A stretch of 64,000 bases of DNA from Novosphingobium sp. (GCF_049240505.1 NZ_JBMLSM010000005.1:7015-71014); one strand, 5' to 3'. Shown: positions 17,852-27,678, counted from the first letter of the stretch. Notes: a model not told the origin generated them from the sequence alone. A program made the numbers and translations.

Positions 17852-18619
17852 ATGCGCGCGCCTGCACAGCGCGATCTCGATATTCCACCGTCGCAATTGC
17901 CAGCGCAAGCAGGGCTTTTTCTCGACTTTGACGGAACGCTTGTCGATCTGATCGATCGGCCCGATGCCGTGCAGGCCAATGCACGCGTGCGCGATCTGGT
18001 TGCTGCGCTGGCAGAGCGGCTTGATGGCAGGCTGGCCATCGTGACGGGGCGAGATGCGGACTTCGTGCGCAAGCAGCTTGGCCTGCAGTCCATAGGTATC
18101 GCCGGAAGCCACGGGCAGGAAATCCACTTTGCCGATGGCAGGTCCAGTGTGCCGGAAATCCCGCTGTCGCTGGCAGATGTTGCCATAGCCCTCGATCGTC
18201 TCGCACAGGCGCATCAGGGGCTTCTCGTCGAACGCAAGCCACTGGGCGTGGCGCTGCACTATCGCATGGTGCCTGAGCTGGAGGCGGCGAGTCTGGCCTT
18301 GGCGAGCGAATTGGCCGAGGCGCACGGGCTATACCTGCAACCTGGCAAGATGATGGTCGAACTGCGCGCACGCGGGGGCGACAAGGGCAGCGCGGTGGCG
18401 CGGTTTCTTGAAACGCCCCTGTTCGATCGCGCCGTGCCGATCATGCTGGGTGACGATCTCACCGACGAGCCAGGCTTTGCCGCTGCCGCCGCGCATGGTG
18501 GATGGGGTGTGCTGGTCGGCCCGCTGCGCAGGACGTCTGCCCGCTATCGTCTGGAAGGCGTTGGTGACGTGCTGGACTGGCTGGAAAGGGCGATCGCGCC
18601 CGTGAACATTGAGGCATGA
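17852..18619 (+). CDS. otsB: Trehalose-6-phosphate phosphatase
   Basis: HAD motif FLDFDGTLVDL, plus SGR and GDDLTDE motifs. The start is uncertain (ATG 17852 versus TTG 17810). Confidence 0.88.
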   Translation: MRAPAQRDLDIPPSQLPAQAGLFLDFDGTLVDLIDRPDAVQANARVRDLVAALAERLDGRLAIVTGRDADFVRKQLGLQSIGIAGSHGQEIHFADGRSSVPEIPLSLADVAIALDRLAQAHQGLLVERKPLGVALHYRMVPELEAASLALASELAEAHGLYLQPGKMMVELRARGGDKGSAVARFLETPLFDRAVPIMLGDDLTDEPGFAAAAAHGGWGVLVGPLRRTSARYRLEGVGDVLDWLERAIAPVNIEA

Positions 18620-20394
18620 GCATGGAATTGTGGCCCATCGGCAATTGCCACGTTTCCGCGCTCGTTGACGAGGCTGGACGGTTCGTCTGGGCCTGCGTGC
18701 CGCGCGTGGACGGTGATCCGTTGTTCAGCGCGCTGCTGGGCGGAGAAGCGCCAGAGAGCGGGCTGTGGGACATTGCGCTGGAAGGCGTGGTCGTCACCTC
18801 GCAGCATTATGTGCGCAATACCCCGATCCTTGTTACCCGGCACGAAGACGGTCACGGCAACGCCATCGAAGTGACCGACTTCTGCCCATTCTACCGGCAT
18901 TCCGGGCGCACCTTCCGCCCGGTGGCCTTTGCGCGCATCGTTCGGCCCGTCAACGGAAGCCCGCGCATCACGGTGCGCCTTCGCGCCACGCGCGATTGGG
19001 GCCGCCCCTCGCCCGGCGTGATCGGCGGAACCAGCCATATCCGCTATCCCGGCCCGGCCATGACCATGCGGCTGACCACCAGCGCGCCTGTGGGCATGGT
19101 GGCCGAAGAGCGCACGTTCCGGCTGGAGCGGCCCCTGCATTTCTATCTTGGGCCGGACGAGAGCTTTACCGGCAATATCGCCCATACCATCGACGAGATG
19201 CTGGAGCGGACCTGCGTGGAATGGCGCGGCTGGGTGCGCGGCCTTGCCATCCCGCTGGAGTGGCAGGACGCGGTGATCCGTTCCGCCATCACGCTGCGGC
19301 TGTGCCAGCACGCGGAAACCGGGGCGATCGTGGCGGCGCTGACCACCTCCATTCCCGAACATGCCGGGTCCGAACGGAATTGGGACTACCGGTATTGCTG
19401 GATCCGAGATGCCTATTACACGGTGCAGGCGCTGAACCGGCTGGGCGCGCTCGACGTGCTGGAGAACTACCTCTCCTATCTGCGCAATATCGTTGACGAT
19501 GCCAAGGGCGGGCACATTCAGCCATTATACGGCGTGCTGGGCGAAGCGCGGCTGGAAGAAGGCTTTGCGCCCGACCTGCCCGGCTATCGCGGCATGGGGC
19601 CGGTGCGCGTGGGCAATCAGGCCTATGAGCAGATCCAGTACGACGCCTACGGCCAGATTGTGCTGTCGAGCGCGCAGGCGTTCTTCGACCAGCGCCTGCT
19701 GCGCCCCGCAGGAATCGAGGATTTCGAGGCGCTGGAAAAGGTGGGTGAGCGCGCATGGGCCAGCCACGATCAGGCCGATGCAGGCCTGTGGGAATTGCGC
19801 ACGCGGCAATCGGTCCATACTTATTCCTCGGCGATGTGCTGGGCCGCCTGCGACCGGTTGGGCAATATCGCCACCACGCTGGGGCTGCAGGATCGTGCCG
19901 CGCTGTGGAACGACCGTGCGGCGACGATCCGCGCAACCATCGAGACTTCGGCATGGCGCGAGGACACGCAGCGCCTTTCCGCCACGTTCGCGGGTGACGA
20001 TCTGGACGCCAGCGTGCTGCAATTGCTCGACCTGCGCTTCCTCGCTCCTGACGATCCGCGTTTTCTTTCAACGCTCACCGCCATCGAGCAAGGTCTGCGG
20101 CGCGGTTCGCACATGCTGCGCTATGCTACCGAGGACGATTTCGGCCTGCCGCAGACAGCGTTCAACGTCTGCACCTTCTGGCTCATCGAGGCGCTGCATC
20201 TGACCGGACGGACGGATGAAGCGCGCTCCCTATTCGAGGAAATGCTGATGCGACGCACGAAATCGGGTCTTCTGTCCGAAGACATCGACCCTGTTACTGG
20301 CGAGTTGTGGGGCAATTTCCCGCAGACTTATTCGCTGGTCGGCATCATCAACTGCGCAGGGCTTTTGAGTAAACCTTGGACGTCGATCCGATGA
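18616..20394 (+). CDS. Glycoside hydrolase family 15 protein (glucoamylase/trehalase-like)
   Basis: 592 aa with ERNWDYRYCWIRDA, LWELR and FNVCTFW motifs of the GH15 (alpha/alpha)6 barrel. The ATGA overlap with otsB indicates translational coupling. Confidence 0.85.
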   Translation: MSMELWPIGNCHVSALVDEAGRFVWACVPRVDGDPLFSALLGGEAPESGLWDIALEGVVVTSQHYVRNTPILVTRHEDGHGNAIEVTDFCPFYRHSGRTFRPVAFARIVRPVNGSPRITVRLRATRDWGRPSPGVIGGTSHIRYPGPAMTMRLTTSAPVGMVAEERTFRLERPLHFYLGPDESFTGNIAHTIDEMLERTCVEWRGWVRGLAIPLEWQDAVIRSAITLRLCQHAETGAIVAALTTSIPEHAGSERNWDYRYCWIRDAYYTVQALNRLGALDVLENYLSYLRNIVDDAKGGHIQPLYGVLGEARLEEGFAPDLPGYRGMGPVRVGNQAYEQIQYDAYGQIVLSSAQAFFDQRLLRPAGIEDFEALEKVGERAWASHDQADAGLWELRTRQSVHTYSSAMCWAACDRLGNIATTLGLQDRAALWNDRAATIRATIETSAWREDTQRLSATFAGDDLDASVLQLLDLRFLAPDDPRFLSTLTAIEQGLRRGSHMLRYATEDDFGLPQTAFNVCTFWLIEALHLTGRTDEARSLFEEMLMRRTKSGLLSEDIDPVTGELWGNFPQTYSLVGIINCAGLLSKPWTSIR

Positions 20395-21797
20395 GCCGCC
20401 TGATTGTCATCTCGAACCGCGTCAGCGCGGGCGGCGGGGCGCAGGGCGGACTGGCTGTGGCGCTGTCGGCCGCATTGCGCGCCAATGGCGGCATCTGGTT
20501 TGGCTGGTCGGGCGAGGTTACCGAACAATTCACCGGCCACATCAATTTCCAGCGCACCGATGGCGTCGCCACCGCCACGGTCGATCTGGAAGAACAGGAC
20601 GTCGAGGAATACTACAACGGCTATGCCAACCGCACGCTCTGGCCGCTGTTCCACTATCGCATCGATCTGGCCGAATACGAGCGCAGCTTTGCCGGCGGCT
20701 ATGAACGCGCGAACCAGCGCTTTGCCGAGACCGTGCTGCCGCTGATCGAACCGGAAGATGTGGTGTGGGTGCAGGATTACCACATGATCCCGCTGGGCCG
20801 CGAATTGCGCAACCGGGGCATCAGGAACCGCATCGGCTTTTTCCTGCATATCCCCTGGCCCCCGCGCCGCCTGCTGGGCACCCTGCCCGAAGCCGCTGCG
20901 CTGGTGGAAACGCTGTTCGCCTATGACGTGATCGGGTTCCACACGCAGGAATGGCTCGATTCCTTCGTCGATTTCGTGAAGGCAGAGATGGGCGCGACGG
21001 TGGACGACAACGGCATTGTCCGCTGCAATGGGCGTAGTGTGCGCCTTGTCGCCTGCCCCATCGGCATCGATGCAAGCGCGTTCGAAGAGATGGCCCGCAG
21101 CCTGACCGCGCGCCGCACCTATGAAAAAGTGCGTGCCAGCCTTGTCGGGCGGGCGCTTATCGTGGGCGTCGATCGGCTCGATTATTCCAAGGGACTGGAA
21201 GAGCGGTTTCTGGGCTACGAACGCTTTCTGGCAGAGCACCCGGAAGAGCGTAACAGTCTGGTTCTGCTCCAGATCGCGCCGCCATCGCGCGGGGCGGTGG
21301 AAAGCTATCAGCGTATCCGGTCGACGTTGGAAGGCCTTGCCGGACGGATCAACGGCGCTCACGCCGAACTCGATTGGGTGCCCATCCGCTATGTCAATCA
21401 GGGCTACCCACGCGATGTGCTGGCAGGCGTCTATCGCGCGGCGAAGATCGGCCTCGTCACACCGTTGCGCGATGGGATGAATCTGGTGGCCAAGGAATAT
21501 GTCGCGGCGCAAGACCCGGATGATCCGGGCGTCCTGATCCTATCGCGCTTTGCCGGGGCGGCAGAACAGATGCCGGAAGCCTTGCTGGTCAACCCATACA
21601 GCGCCGAAGAACTATCGGACGCCCTGCAACACGCGCTGCGCATGTCGCTGACTGAACGCAAGATGCGCTGGAGCGCAATGATCGAAGACGTGCGCCGCCG
21701 CGACGTGATGTGGTGGCTGGAAAGCTTCCGCGAATGTCTGGAAGCAGACGATGTGGAAGATGGCAAGGTGACAGAACTCAACCGTTCGGTGGCTTGA
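20391..21797 (+). CDS. otsA: Alpha,alpha-trehalose-phosphate synthase (UDP-forming)
   Basis: MSRLIVISNRV..GGLAVAL..WFGWSG, VWVQDYHMIPL, FFLHIPWP and LRDGMNLVAKEY are all OtsA hallmarks. The ATG at 20391 overlaps the GH15 stop (ATGA). Confidence 0.92.
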   Translation: MSRLIVISNRVSAGGGAQGGLAVALSAALRANGGIWFGWSGEVTEQFTGHINFQRTDGVATATVDLEEQDVEEYYNGYANRTLWPLFHYRIDLAEYERSFAGGYERANQRFAETVLPLIEPEDVVWVQDYHMIPLGRELRNRGIRNRIGFFLHIPWPPRRLLGTLPEAAALVETLFAYDVIGFHTQEWLDSFVDFVKAEMGATVDDNGIVRCNGRSVRLVACPIGIDASAFEEMARSLTARRTYEKVRASLVGRALIVGVDRLDYSKGLEERFLGYERFLAEHPEERNSLVLLQIAPPSRGAVESYQRIRSTLEGLAGRINGAHAELDWVPIRYVNQGYPRDVLAGVYRAAKIGLVTPLRDGMNLVAKEYVAAQDPDDPGVLILSRFAGAAEQMPEALLVNPYSAEELSDALQHALRMSLTERKMRWSAMIEDVRRRDVMWWLESFRECLEADDVEDGKVTELNRSVA

Positions 21798-21918
21798 ATC
21801 GGCCAGAACTGCTCCGAAGCCCCGGCATTCGTGCGCCAACGCACAGCGGCGCACCATGCTTTGCAGGATAGCGCATTTGCAGGTAGCGTGATTCTGGGCA
21901 GCACGGGGAGTACGAGGC

Positions 21919-23907
21919 ATGGCCTCGCAAGCGGGCGGTGGACAGTTCGGTGGCGGTTCGGGCCAAGGGGCCGGTGCAACATCTGCCTGGTCGCGCATGG
22001 CCAACAATTCGCTGAACCTGCTGGACCCGCAAAGACCTGCGCCGCTGCTTTTGCCCGCACCCGCGCAAACGCCCGCTTCCGCCCCGACAGCAAAGCCTGT
22101 CCCCGTACCTGCATCCTGCCCGGTCCCCCCGCCTGCCCCGCTGAAAACGGTGCAATCCTGCCCATTGCGCCAGCAGAGCAGCGGCGTGGCTGGTTTGCTG
22201 GCGCCGCCCAAGCCACAGTCGCTGGAACCATGCGATCTCAACGCGATGACGATTTCACTGCCGCCGCCGGATGAAACGCTGTGGGCGCGCTTTACATCGC
22301 AGAACTGGTTGGGAAAGCTGATCAAGGAGAAACCCGCCAGCGGTTTCCAGACGATCACGTTAGCACCGCTGGATGGGATGCCGGTCCCTCCGGCACGGAT
22401 CAGCGGGCGCGTGAAACTGCGCACGGTCGATCTACAATTGGTCGCGCCGGTTGAAGGCAGCCGCAAGGGCGAACCAAAAAAAATCAAAGTCAAGCTGGAG
22501 CCGGGGCCGGGTTTTTGCGGTGCGAAATCCCATCCCGATCTTTCGATCGAACCGGTGCCGAAGGGGCTTTCCAGCCCCATGCATGGGCGCACCTCGTGTG
22601 AATTCAGCGTTCTTGCTGCGCCGATTACCGATCCTGTGATCAGTTCCAAGCTCACGCCACTGGCGTTTCTTGCCGCGCTCATCCGCAAAACGGATCTTTC
22701 CCGAACTTATACAATCAGTTCGGATTCCTGCGGCAACCGTAATTCGTCGCAGGCCGTCAGCGGGATGTCCTGCAAGATCAAAGTACTGCCGGAAAAGCTT
22801 CTGATCGTGAAGTTGAGCTTCCCGGAATCGATCAGCGGGTCTTTGTCGGTTTCGAAAACGACGACGACCAACAAAAATGCGGGCGCGCAGACGCGGACCG
22901 TGGAAAAGAAGATCGAGGGCGAATTTACCAATCAGTATGCAGGGCGGGATGCACGGGGTGTCGCCCTGGATGGCGGCAAGGCCAGCCTTTCGGACAAGCA
23001 GATCACAGTCACCGACAAAAGTGGTATGGTGACACAGGTTTCCCAGCAGGAAGCGAAGATCGGCCGCACGATTGACCGCAAGGGCGCGGGCACTTTCGAC
23101 ACGACCCACACGTATGGCTCCGTTGATATGCTTGATCCGGCTTCAGGCGCGTCCAGCGGTTCGTTGTACAAGAACGTAAAGAGCGATGATGGTTTGGGCT
23201 ATGTCGCGGGCATCGGCGTGTCGGTCGAACACGATGGCGTTGAACTGGGCGCATCGTTCAAGGACTTCGTGGAATGGATATCGATGGCCAAATCGGTCAT
23301 CGATGGAGCGGACAAGCTTGGCAACTGGCTGAATCGCAGCGTGCAGATCGGCTGGAAAGTGACCGGCTCGGTCAAGGCGCTGTCGGGTGAAGTCAAAGTT
23401 GTCTGGGGAATCAAACAGCTCCCCGACGAAGCGTTGGTCGGTCGCTATTTCGGGGCGGAACTTGAAATCACTATTATCGATGCCGCGCTGGAAGTCAGTT
23501 TCGGTCTTTGCGTGGCATTCCCTGGTTTGGCCGATGATGAAGATCTGCTTTCTGCCAGGATTATCGGCACGCTCTCTGGCAGCGTAAAACTCAAGGGCTC
23601 TTACGAAGAACTGACCAATTCGCCCGTCGTTGGGCGGACGGCCACCGTGACCGGCGCGGTGACGCTGAAGCTGGAAGGCAACATTGTTGCAGCCAAGATC
23701 ATCCATATCTCTGCCGATGTCAGTGGTGGCGTTCAGGCAGTTGGCAAGTGGGACGGCAGCATCGGTCAACCGCCAGAATCGAACATTTCGGTTGGTCTCA
23801 CGCCTGTAGAAGCGAACGCATCGGTCAAAGTGTTCTTCTGGACGCGCAAGTATGGCCCGGCCACGCTCATCGGTGAGACCGAGCCGTTTTACGAAGTAAA
23901 GCTTTGA
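21919..23907 (+). CDS. Hypothetical protein, 662 aa: Gly-rich N-terminus, Pro/Ala-rich linker, large Ser/Thr/Lys-rich beta-type C-terminal region
   Basis: Long ORF with GGGGAG 8 nt upstream of the ATG, followed by two tightly coupled ORFs. I recognise no family motif and no signal peptide. The N-terminal boundary is uncertain because the first ~100 codons are low complexity. Confidence 0.6.
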   Translation: MASQAGGGQFGGGSGQGAGATSAWSRMANNSLNLLDPQRPAPLLLPAPAQTPASAPTAKPVPVPASCPVPPPAPLKTVQSCPLRQQSSGVAGLLAPPKPQSLEPCDLNAMTISLPPPDETLWARFTSQNWLGKLIKEKPASGFQTITLAPLDGMPVPPARISGRVKLRTVDLQLVAPVEGSRKGEPKKIKVKLEPGPGFCGAKSHPDLSIEPVPKGLSSPMHGRTSCEFSVLAAPITDPVISSKLTPLAFLAALIRKTDLSRTYTISSDSCGNRNSSQAVSGMSCKIKVLPEKLLIVKLSFPESISGSLSVSKTTTTNKNAGAQTRTVEKKIEGEFTNQYAGRDARGVALDGGKASLSDKQITVTDKSGMVTQVSQQEAKIGRTIDRKGAGTFDTTHTYGSVDMLDPASGASSGSLYKNVKSDDGLGYVAGIGVSVEHDGVELGASFKDFVEWISMAKSVIDGADKLGNWLNRSVQIGWKVTGSVKALSGEVKVVWGIKQLPDEALVGRYFGAELEITIIDAALEVSFGLCVAFPGLADDEDLLSARIIGTLSGSVKLKGSYEELTNSPVVGRTATVTGAVTLKLEGNIVAAKIIHISADVSGGVQAVGKWDGSIGQPPESNISVGLTPVEANASVKVFFWTRKYGPATLIGETEPFYEVKL

Positions 23908-23914
23908 AGGACAT

Positions 23915-24721
23915 ATGATGTACGCCATCAAGGCCGATAGCCGCAACGTGCGGGCAACTGCTTCGCTCAACGACGTGCCGCTTGCTTCGCTGACGGGCAC
24001 CAATGTTGGCAACGTGATCGAATTTGCGGGCCGCTGGCTTGAGGATGGCGAGAACCGGCTGCGCATTACCGTCCACGGACCCAGCGTGCTGCGAGGCGGC
24101 GATCCCGGCTTCGTGGGGTCGGATGGGCAGCCGCTCGGCTCCGCGCTCGACGAAGCCGAAGCGTGGGTACAGGTCCACCGTCTGCCGCCGGACTTTACCG
24201 GAGGCGAAGTAAACGGCGAGGTTGTGGCAGAGGCGCGTTGGCGAATTGCCGATGTGCAGGGCGAACCGACTTTCCCCACCGGTGCGGAAAACCGCTTTCT
24301 GGCCGCTGCGCTGCCGGGAATGCGCTGGCGCAATTCCCGCCTTCCCGCCGATCCGGCATCCGCGCGACCGCAGTTGATCGCCTGGCTGCGCGGGCTTGCC
24401 GCGTCGCTTGAACAGGGAGACAGCAACGCGTTGGTCAACGCGGCAGAGCCGGGCATTCGCGATACCTGCGCGGCCATCGGACAGAACGCCGATCAGCAGC
24501 TCGAAGGTTTCCGCGCGATGCTGCAGGATGAAGCGCGCGGCCTGCGCCTGCTACCTTTCCGTGACGAGGACGTGCGGATTGAACCGATCGCGTATGGACG
24601 ATTGCTCTTGTGCAGTCGCTCTGATGGCACGCCCCTGCTCCGCGCTGGCCCCGGCAGTGCGACCGATTTCGAGATCGAAATCCGCGCAGGTATGATCAGC
24701 AATGGCTGGGTGATGTTCTGA
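23915..24721 (+). CDS. Hypothetical protein, 268 aa
   Basis: The ATG lies 7 nt after the upstream stop and is preceded by GAAGGA. Amino-acid composition looks ordinary for a protein. No recognisable motif. Confidence 0.6.
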   Translation: MMYAIKADSRNVRATASLNDVPLASLTGTNVGNVIEFAGRWLEDGENRLRITVHGPSVLRGGDPGFVGSDGQPLGSALDEAEAWVQVHRLPPDFTGGEVNGEVVAEARWRIADVQGEPTFPTGAENRFLAAALPGMRWRNSRLPADPASARPQLIAWLRGLAASLEQGDSNALVNAAEPGIRDTCAAIGQNADQQLEGFRAMLQDEARGLRLLPFRDEDVRIEPIAYGRLLLCSRSDGTPLLRAGPGSATDFEIEIRAGMISNGWVMF

Positions 24722-25068
24722 TGCTGGCGATATCGCCTGGCGTTTCAGCCGCCTTTGCCGCCCAGCGCATTCCCGAAGTTGCGCTGCAAATGGCCGAAGT
24801 GATCGCCACGGCCAACCCCGATCTTGCCGCCACGATGCCCCGCGATGAACTGAATAGACGCGCGTTGGCAGGCACGCAGGTCTCAGAGCATTATGGCATG
24901 CAATCGTCGCGCGATATCATGCTGCTGTGTCTGGCTCACGCAATATTCGGGCCGGATATGCTTTTCCGCCCGGGTTTCGAATGGGTTGCGCCCTTGTTGC
25001 AGGAACCGGTCGAAGGGTCTGACACGCGCGCCTATCGCCTTCACCTGCGCCTCTCTGAGCTGGGGTAA
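24721..25068 (+). CDS. Hypothetical protein, 115 aa, predicted mostly helical
   Basis: The start overlaps the upstream stop by 1 nt (TGATG). Two hairpins follow it. No recognisable motif. Confidence 0.5.
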   Translation: MLAISPGVSAAFAAQRIPEVALQMAEVIATANPDLAATMPRDELNRRALAGTQVSEHYGMQSSRDIMLLCLAHAIFGPDMLFRPGFEWVAPLLQEPVEGSDTRAYRLHLRLSELG

Positions 25069-25093
25069 GCGCCAGTTTCCTCGGAACAAAAAA

Positions 25094-25124
25094 GGCGGGC
25101 GGATCCAATAGGATACCGCCCGCC
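25094..25124. terminator. Intrinsic-terminator hairpin 1 between convergent genes
   Basis: GGCGGGCGGATCC-AATA-GGATACCGCCCGCC stem-loop, preceded by an A-run on the plus strand. The A-run gives a U-tract for minus-strand transcripts. Confidence 0.65.
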
Positions 25125-25129
25125 CGATT

Positions 25130-25162
25130 GCCGACCTGCTGATAGGAAGCACGCAGGTCGGC
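25130..25162. terminator. Hairpin 2 between convergent genes
   Basis: GCCGACCTGC...GCAGGTCGGC perfect 10-bp stem, 13 nt after the TonB-receptor stop (minus strand). Confidence 0.55.
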
Positions 25163-25174
25163 GAGGGAGAGTAA

Positions 25175-27409
25175 TTAGAACTTCACGCCGGCACGCACGC
25201 CATAAGTGCGCGGGTCCGAGAAGTTGACTGCGCCGAACGCGCCGATCGAAGCGCCGGTCACCACGAGGTTGTTCTCGAGGTTTTCCACGAAGCCCGCGAT
25301 GTAGAAGCGGTCGTTCGGTGCGTTGTAGGTGATCGAAGCGTCGGTCTTCGAATAGCCCGGCTGCTGGAAGTACACGAAGTTGGTCAGATCGGTAACTTCG
25401 TACTGGCCACGCGATGCGGTCTGCGCATCAAGAACCACCTTACCTTCGCCAACCGGCACCGTGTAGTTCACGCCTGCAATCCAGCTCCACTTGGGGCTGC
25501 GGTTCAGGGCGCGACCGCTGAAATCGATCGTCGGGCGCGGGTTGAACTGGTCATAGCGCGCATCGAGATAGTTCAGCGCCAGACGAACCGAGAAACGGTC
25601 GGTTGGCTGGATCATGGCGTCAAGTTCGACACCATCGACCTTGGCCTTCGCAGCGTTCTGCGTGATCTGGCACGGCGCTTCCGGCTGTCCCGGAGGTGCG
25701 CAGTTGCCCTGCGAGGAAAGCTGCAGGCCCTGATAATCGTAGTGGAACAGTGTGCCGTTCAGGCGGAATTCCGGGCTGATCTTGAACTTGAAGCCTGCTT
25801 CATAGGCGGTCAGCTCTTCCGGCTGGTAGTACAGCACGCTGGCAGGCAGCACGCAGTTCGGACCCTTGCCGATTTCGCAACCGTCGTTGAAGCCGCCTGC
25901 CTTGTACCCGGTCGAAACCGAAGCGTAGACGAGGCCCAGCGCGGTGTCATAATCGATACCGGCGCGCCAAGTCACCTTGCTGAACGTGCGCGAAGCGTCG
26001 TTGGTCTGGAAGGTGGCGCGGCTGATGAAGTTGCCGATGTTCGCCGAATCGCCAACGCGGCTGTAGGTGTCGAGCACGGTTGCACCCACGCGCGACTTGA
26101 GATCGTGCGAGTAGCGGACGCCGCCGGTGATCTTCAGGTTTTCGACCAGTTCATAGGTGACCTGACCGAAAGCCGACTTGTTTTCCGCGATGGTGGGCTT
26201 CTGCGGGAAGCCATAGCGGGTGTTGGGGCCAAGCAGGTTGTTGATGAAGAAGGCGATGCCCGACTTTTCCTTGAAGTAGTAGCCGCCAACCTGCGCCTGC
26301 AGCGGGCCGTCACCGCCATAGGCCAAGCGCACTTCCTGCGAGGTCTGCCAGTACGAACCGTAGAAGTCCGCCGTCACCGCAGTCGCGCCGAGGTTCGAGA
26401 ACTCCTTGCGGTCCGATTCACGGTACGAACCGAGATAGGTCAGCGTGACGTTGCCCATCGTGTAGTTCAGTTCACCCATCACGCCGCGATCGGTGTTGTC
26501 GCGGAAGGTGTACTGGCCCTGCGCAGGGGTAAGCGTGCGGCCGGCAGTGGTATCGGGTTCGCGATAGGTCGGGCGTTCGAACGTGGCGCGCGGGCCGCTG
26601 ACGATGTTCGAGTAGAAGTTCGAAACCGGCACGCCGTTGCTGGGGCTGCCCTTCTGCCAGCTGTAATCGCCCATCAGCAGCAGGCTGAGATCGGGCGACG
26701 GCTTGAACAGCGCCGAAACGCGCACGGCCTTGTTGTTCTTGAACTTGCCGATGCCGATGCCGTCAGCGGCATTGCCGTCGATCAGGTAGCTGTCGCGCTG
26801 GTCCATGTTGCCAGCCACGCGGAAAGCGATCGTGTCACTGACCGGAACGTTGATCGACGCGGTGGCGTTGATCGCGTCAAAGCTGCCATAAACCACGTCG
26901 GCGCGTGCGCCGAATTCGAACTTTGGCTGTGCGGTGATGATGTTGACCACGCCAGCGGTCGAGTTGCGGCCATAGAGCGTGCCCTGCGGACCGCGCAGAA
27001 CTTCGATGCGTTCGATGTCGAAGAAGGAAACTTCCTGTGCCTGCGGACGCGCGATGTAGATGCCGTTGACCATGAACGCAGCCGAAGGGTCACCCTTTTC
27101 GGTGCCGTCGGTGCTGGTCACGCCGCGAATCGTGATCTGCAGGCCGTTGCCGCGCACGATCGAAAGGTTGGGAACGGTTTCTTCAAGCTGGGTCGGGTTG
27201 GTGATGCCCGACTGGATCAGGTTTTCACCGCCAACGGCAGACATGGCGATCGGGGTCTTCGACAGCAGCGACGAGGTGCGGTTGGCGGTCACGACGATAT
27301 CGCCATCGGCGATCTGGCTTTCCGCGGCGTCTTGCGCTTCTTGCGCCAGAACCGGGCTTGCCGTCAGCGCAAGCACCGACGCCAGACAGGCAAATTGCAG
27401 TTTCCTCAT
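25175..27409 (-). CDS. TonB-dependent receptor
   Basis: 744 aa from the ATG at 27409. Signal peptide MRKLQFACLASVLALTASPVLAQ, DIVVTA TonB box, plug domain, and a barrel ending ..YGVRAGVKF. The track start at 27550 is an upstream extension. Confidence 0.9.
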   Translation of the reverse strand: MRKLQFACLASVLALTASPVLAQEAQDAAESQIADGDIVVTANRTSSLLSKTPIAMSAVGGENLIQSGITNPTQLEETVPNLSIVRGNGLQITIRGVTSTDGTEKGDPSAAFMVNGIYIARPQAQEVSFFDIERIEVLRGPQGTLYGRNSTAGVVNIITAQPKFEFGARADVVYGSFDAINATASINVPVSDTIAFRVAGNMDQRDSYLIDGNAADGIGIGKFKNNKAVRVSALFKPSPDLSLLLMGDYSWQKGSPSNGVPVSNFYSNIVSGPRATFERPTYREPDTTAGRTLTPAQGQYTFRDNTDRGVMGELNYTMGNVTLTYLGSYRESDRKEFSNLGATAVTADFYGSYWQTSQEVRLAYGGDGPLQAQVGGYYFKEKSGIAFFINNLLGPNTRYGFPQKPTIAENKSAFGQVTYELVENLKITGGVRYSHDLKSRVGATVLDTYSRVGDSANIGNFISRATFQTNDASRTFSKVTWRAGIDYDTALGLVYASVSTGYKAGGFNDGCEIGKGPNCVLPASVLYYQPEELTAYEAGFKFKISPEFRLNGTLFHYDYQGLQLSSQGNCAPPGQPEAPCQITQNAAKAKVDGVELDAMIQPTDRFSVRLALNYLDARYDQFNPRPTIDFSGRALNRSPKWSWIAGVNYTVPVGEGKVVLDAQTASRGQYEVTDLTNFVYFQQPGYSKTDASITYNAPNDRFYIAGFVENLENNLVVTGASIGAFGAVNFSDPRTYGVRAGVKF

Positions 27410-27678
27410 AGTACTCTCTCCCTCAAAACAACCTGCGTCGATCGATGGACAACGCTGCCAACAGGGTTGGCAGCGTGGAGAGAGATTCGCCGGAAGTATG
27501 CTTCCGTGCAGCGATTCTGGCTCCTCCCCGTCCGCAGCATGACTTGCCACCGATCGTTATTCCCATGATCTTGCACACAGCTTTTGACAGCGCAAGCCAG
27601 AAAGGTGTCAAATTGTAACGAATTTGGAGTTCGGCATACGAAAACTAATCAAAATGACAGTCTGGTATGCACGGCCTG

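Noticed and set aside
20328-21512. 394-aa ORF antisense to otsA. Similar long antisense or out-of-frame ORFs include 9872-11515(-), 12518-13960(+), 25742-27568(+), 48170-49627(-), 50013-51233(-) and 34188-35369(+).
   Set aside because: Each overlaps a gene with clear family motifs on the other strand. Their translations are Arg/Ala/Gly/His-rich low-information sequences, typical of shadow ORFs in high-GC DNA.
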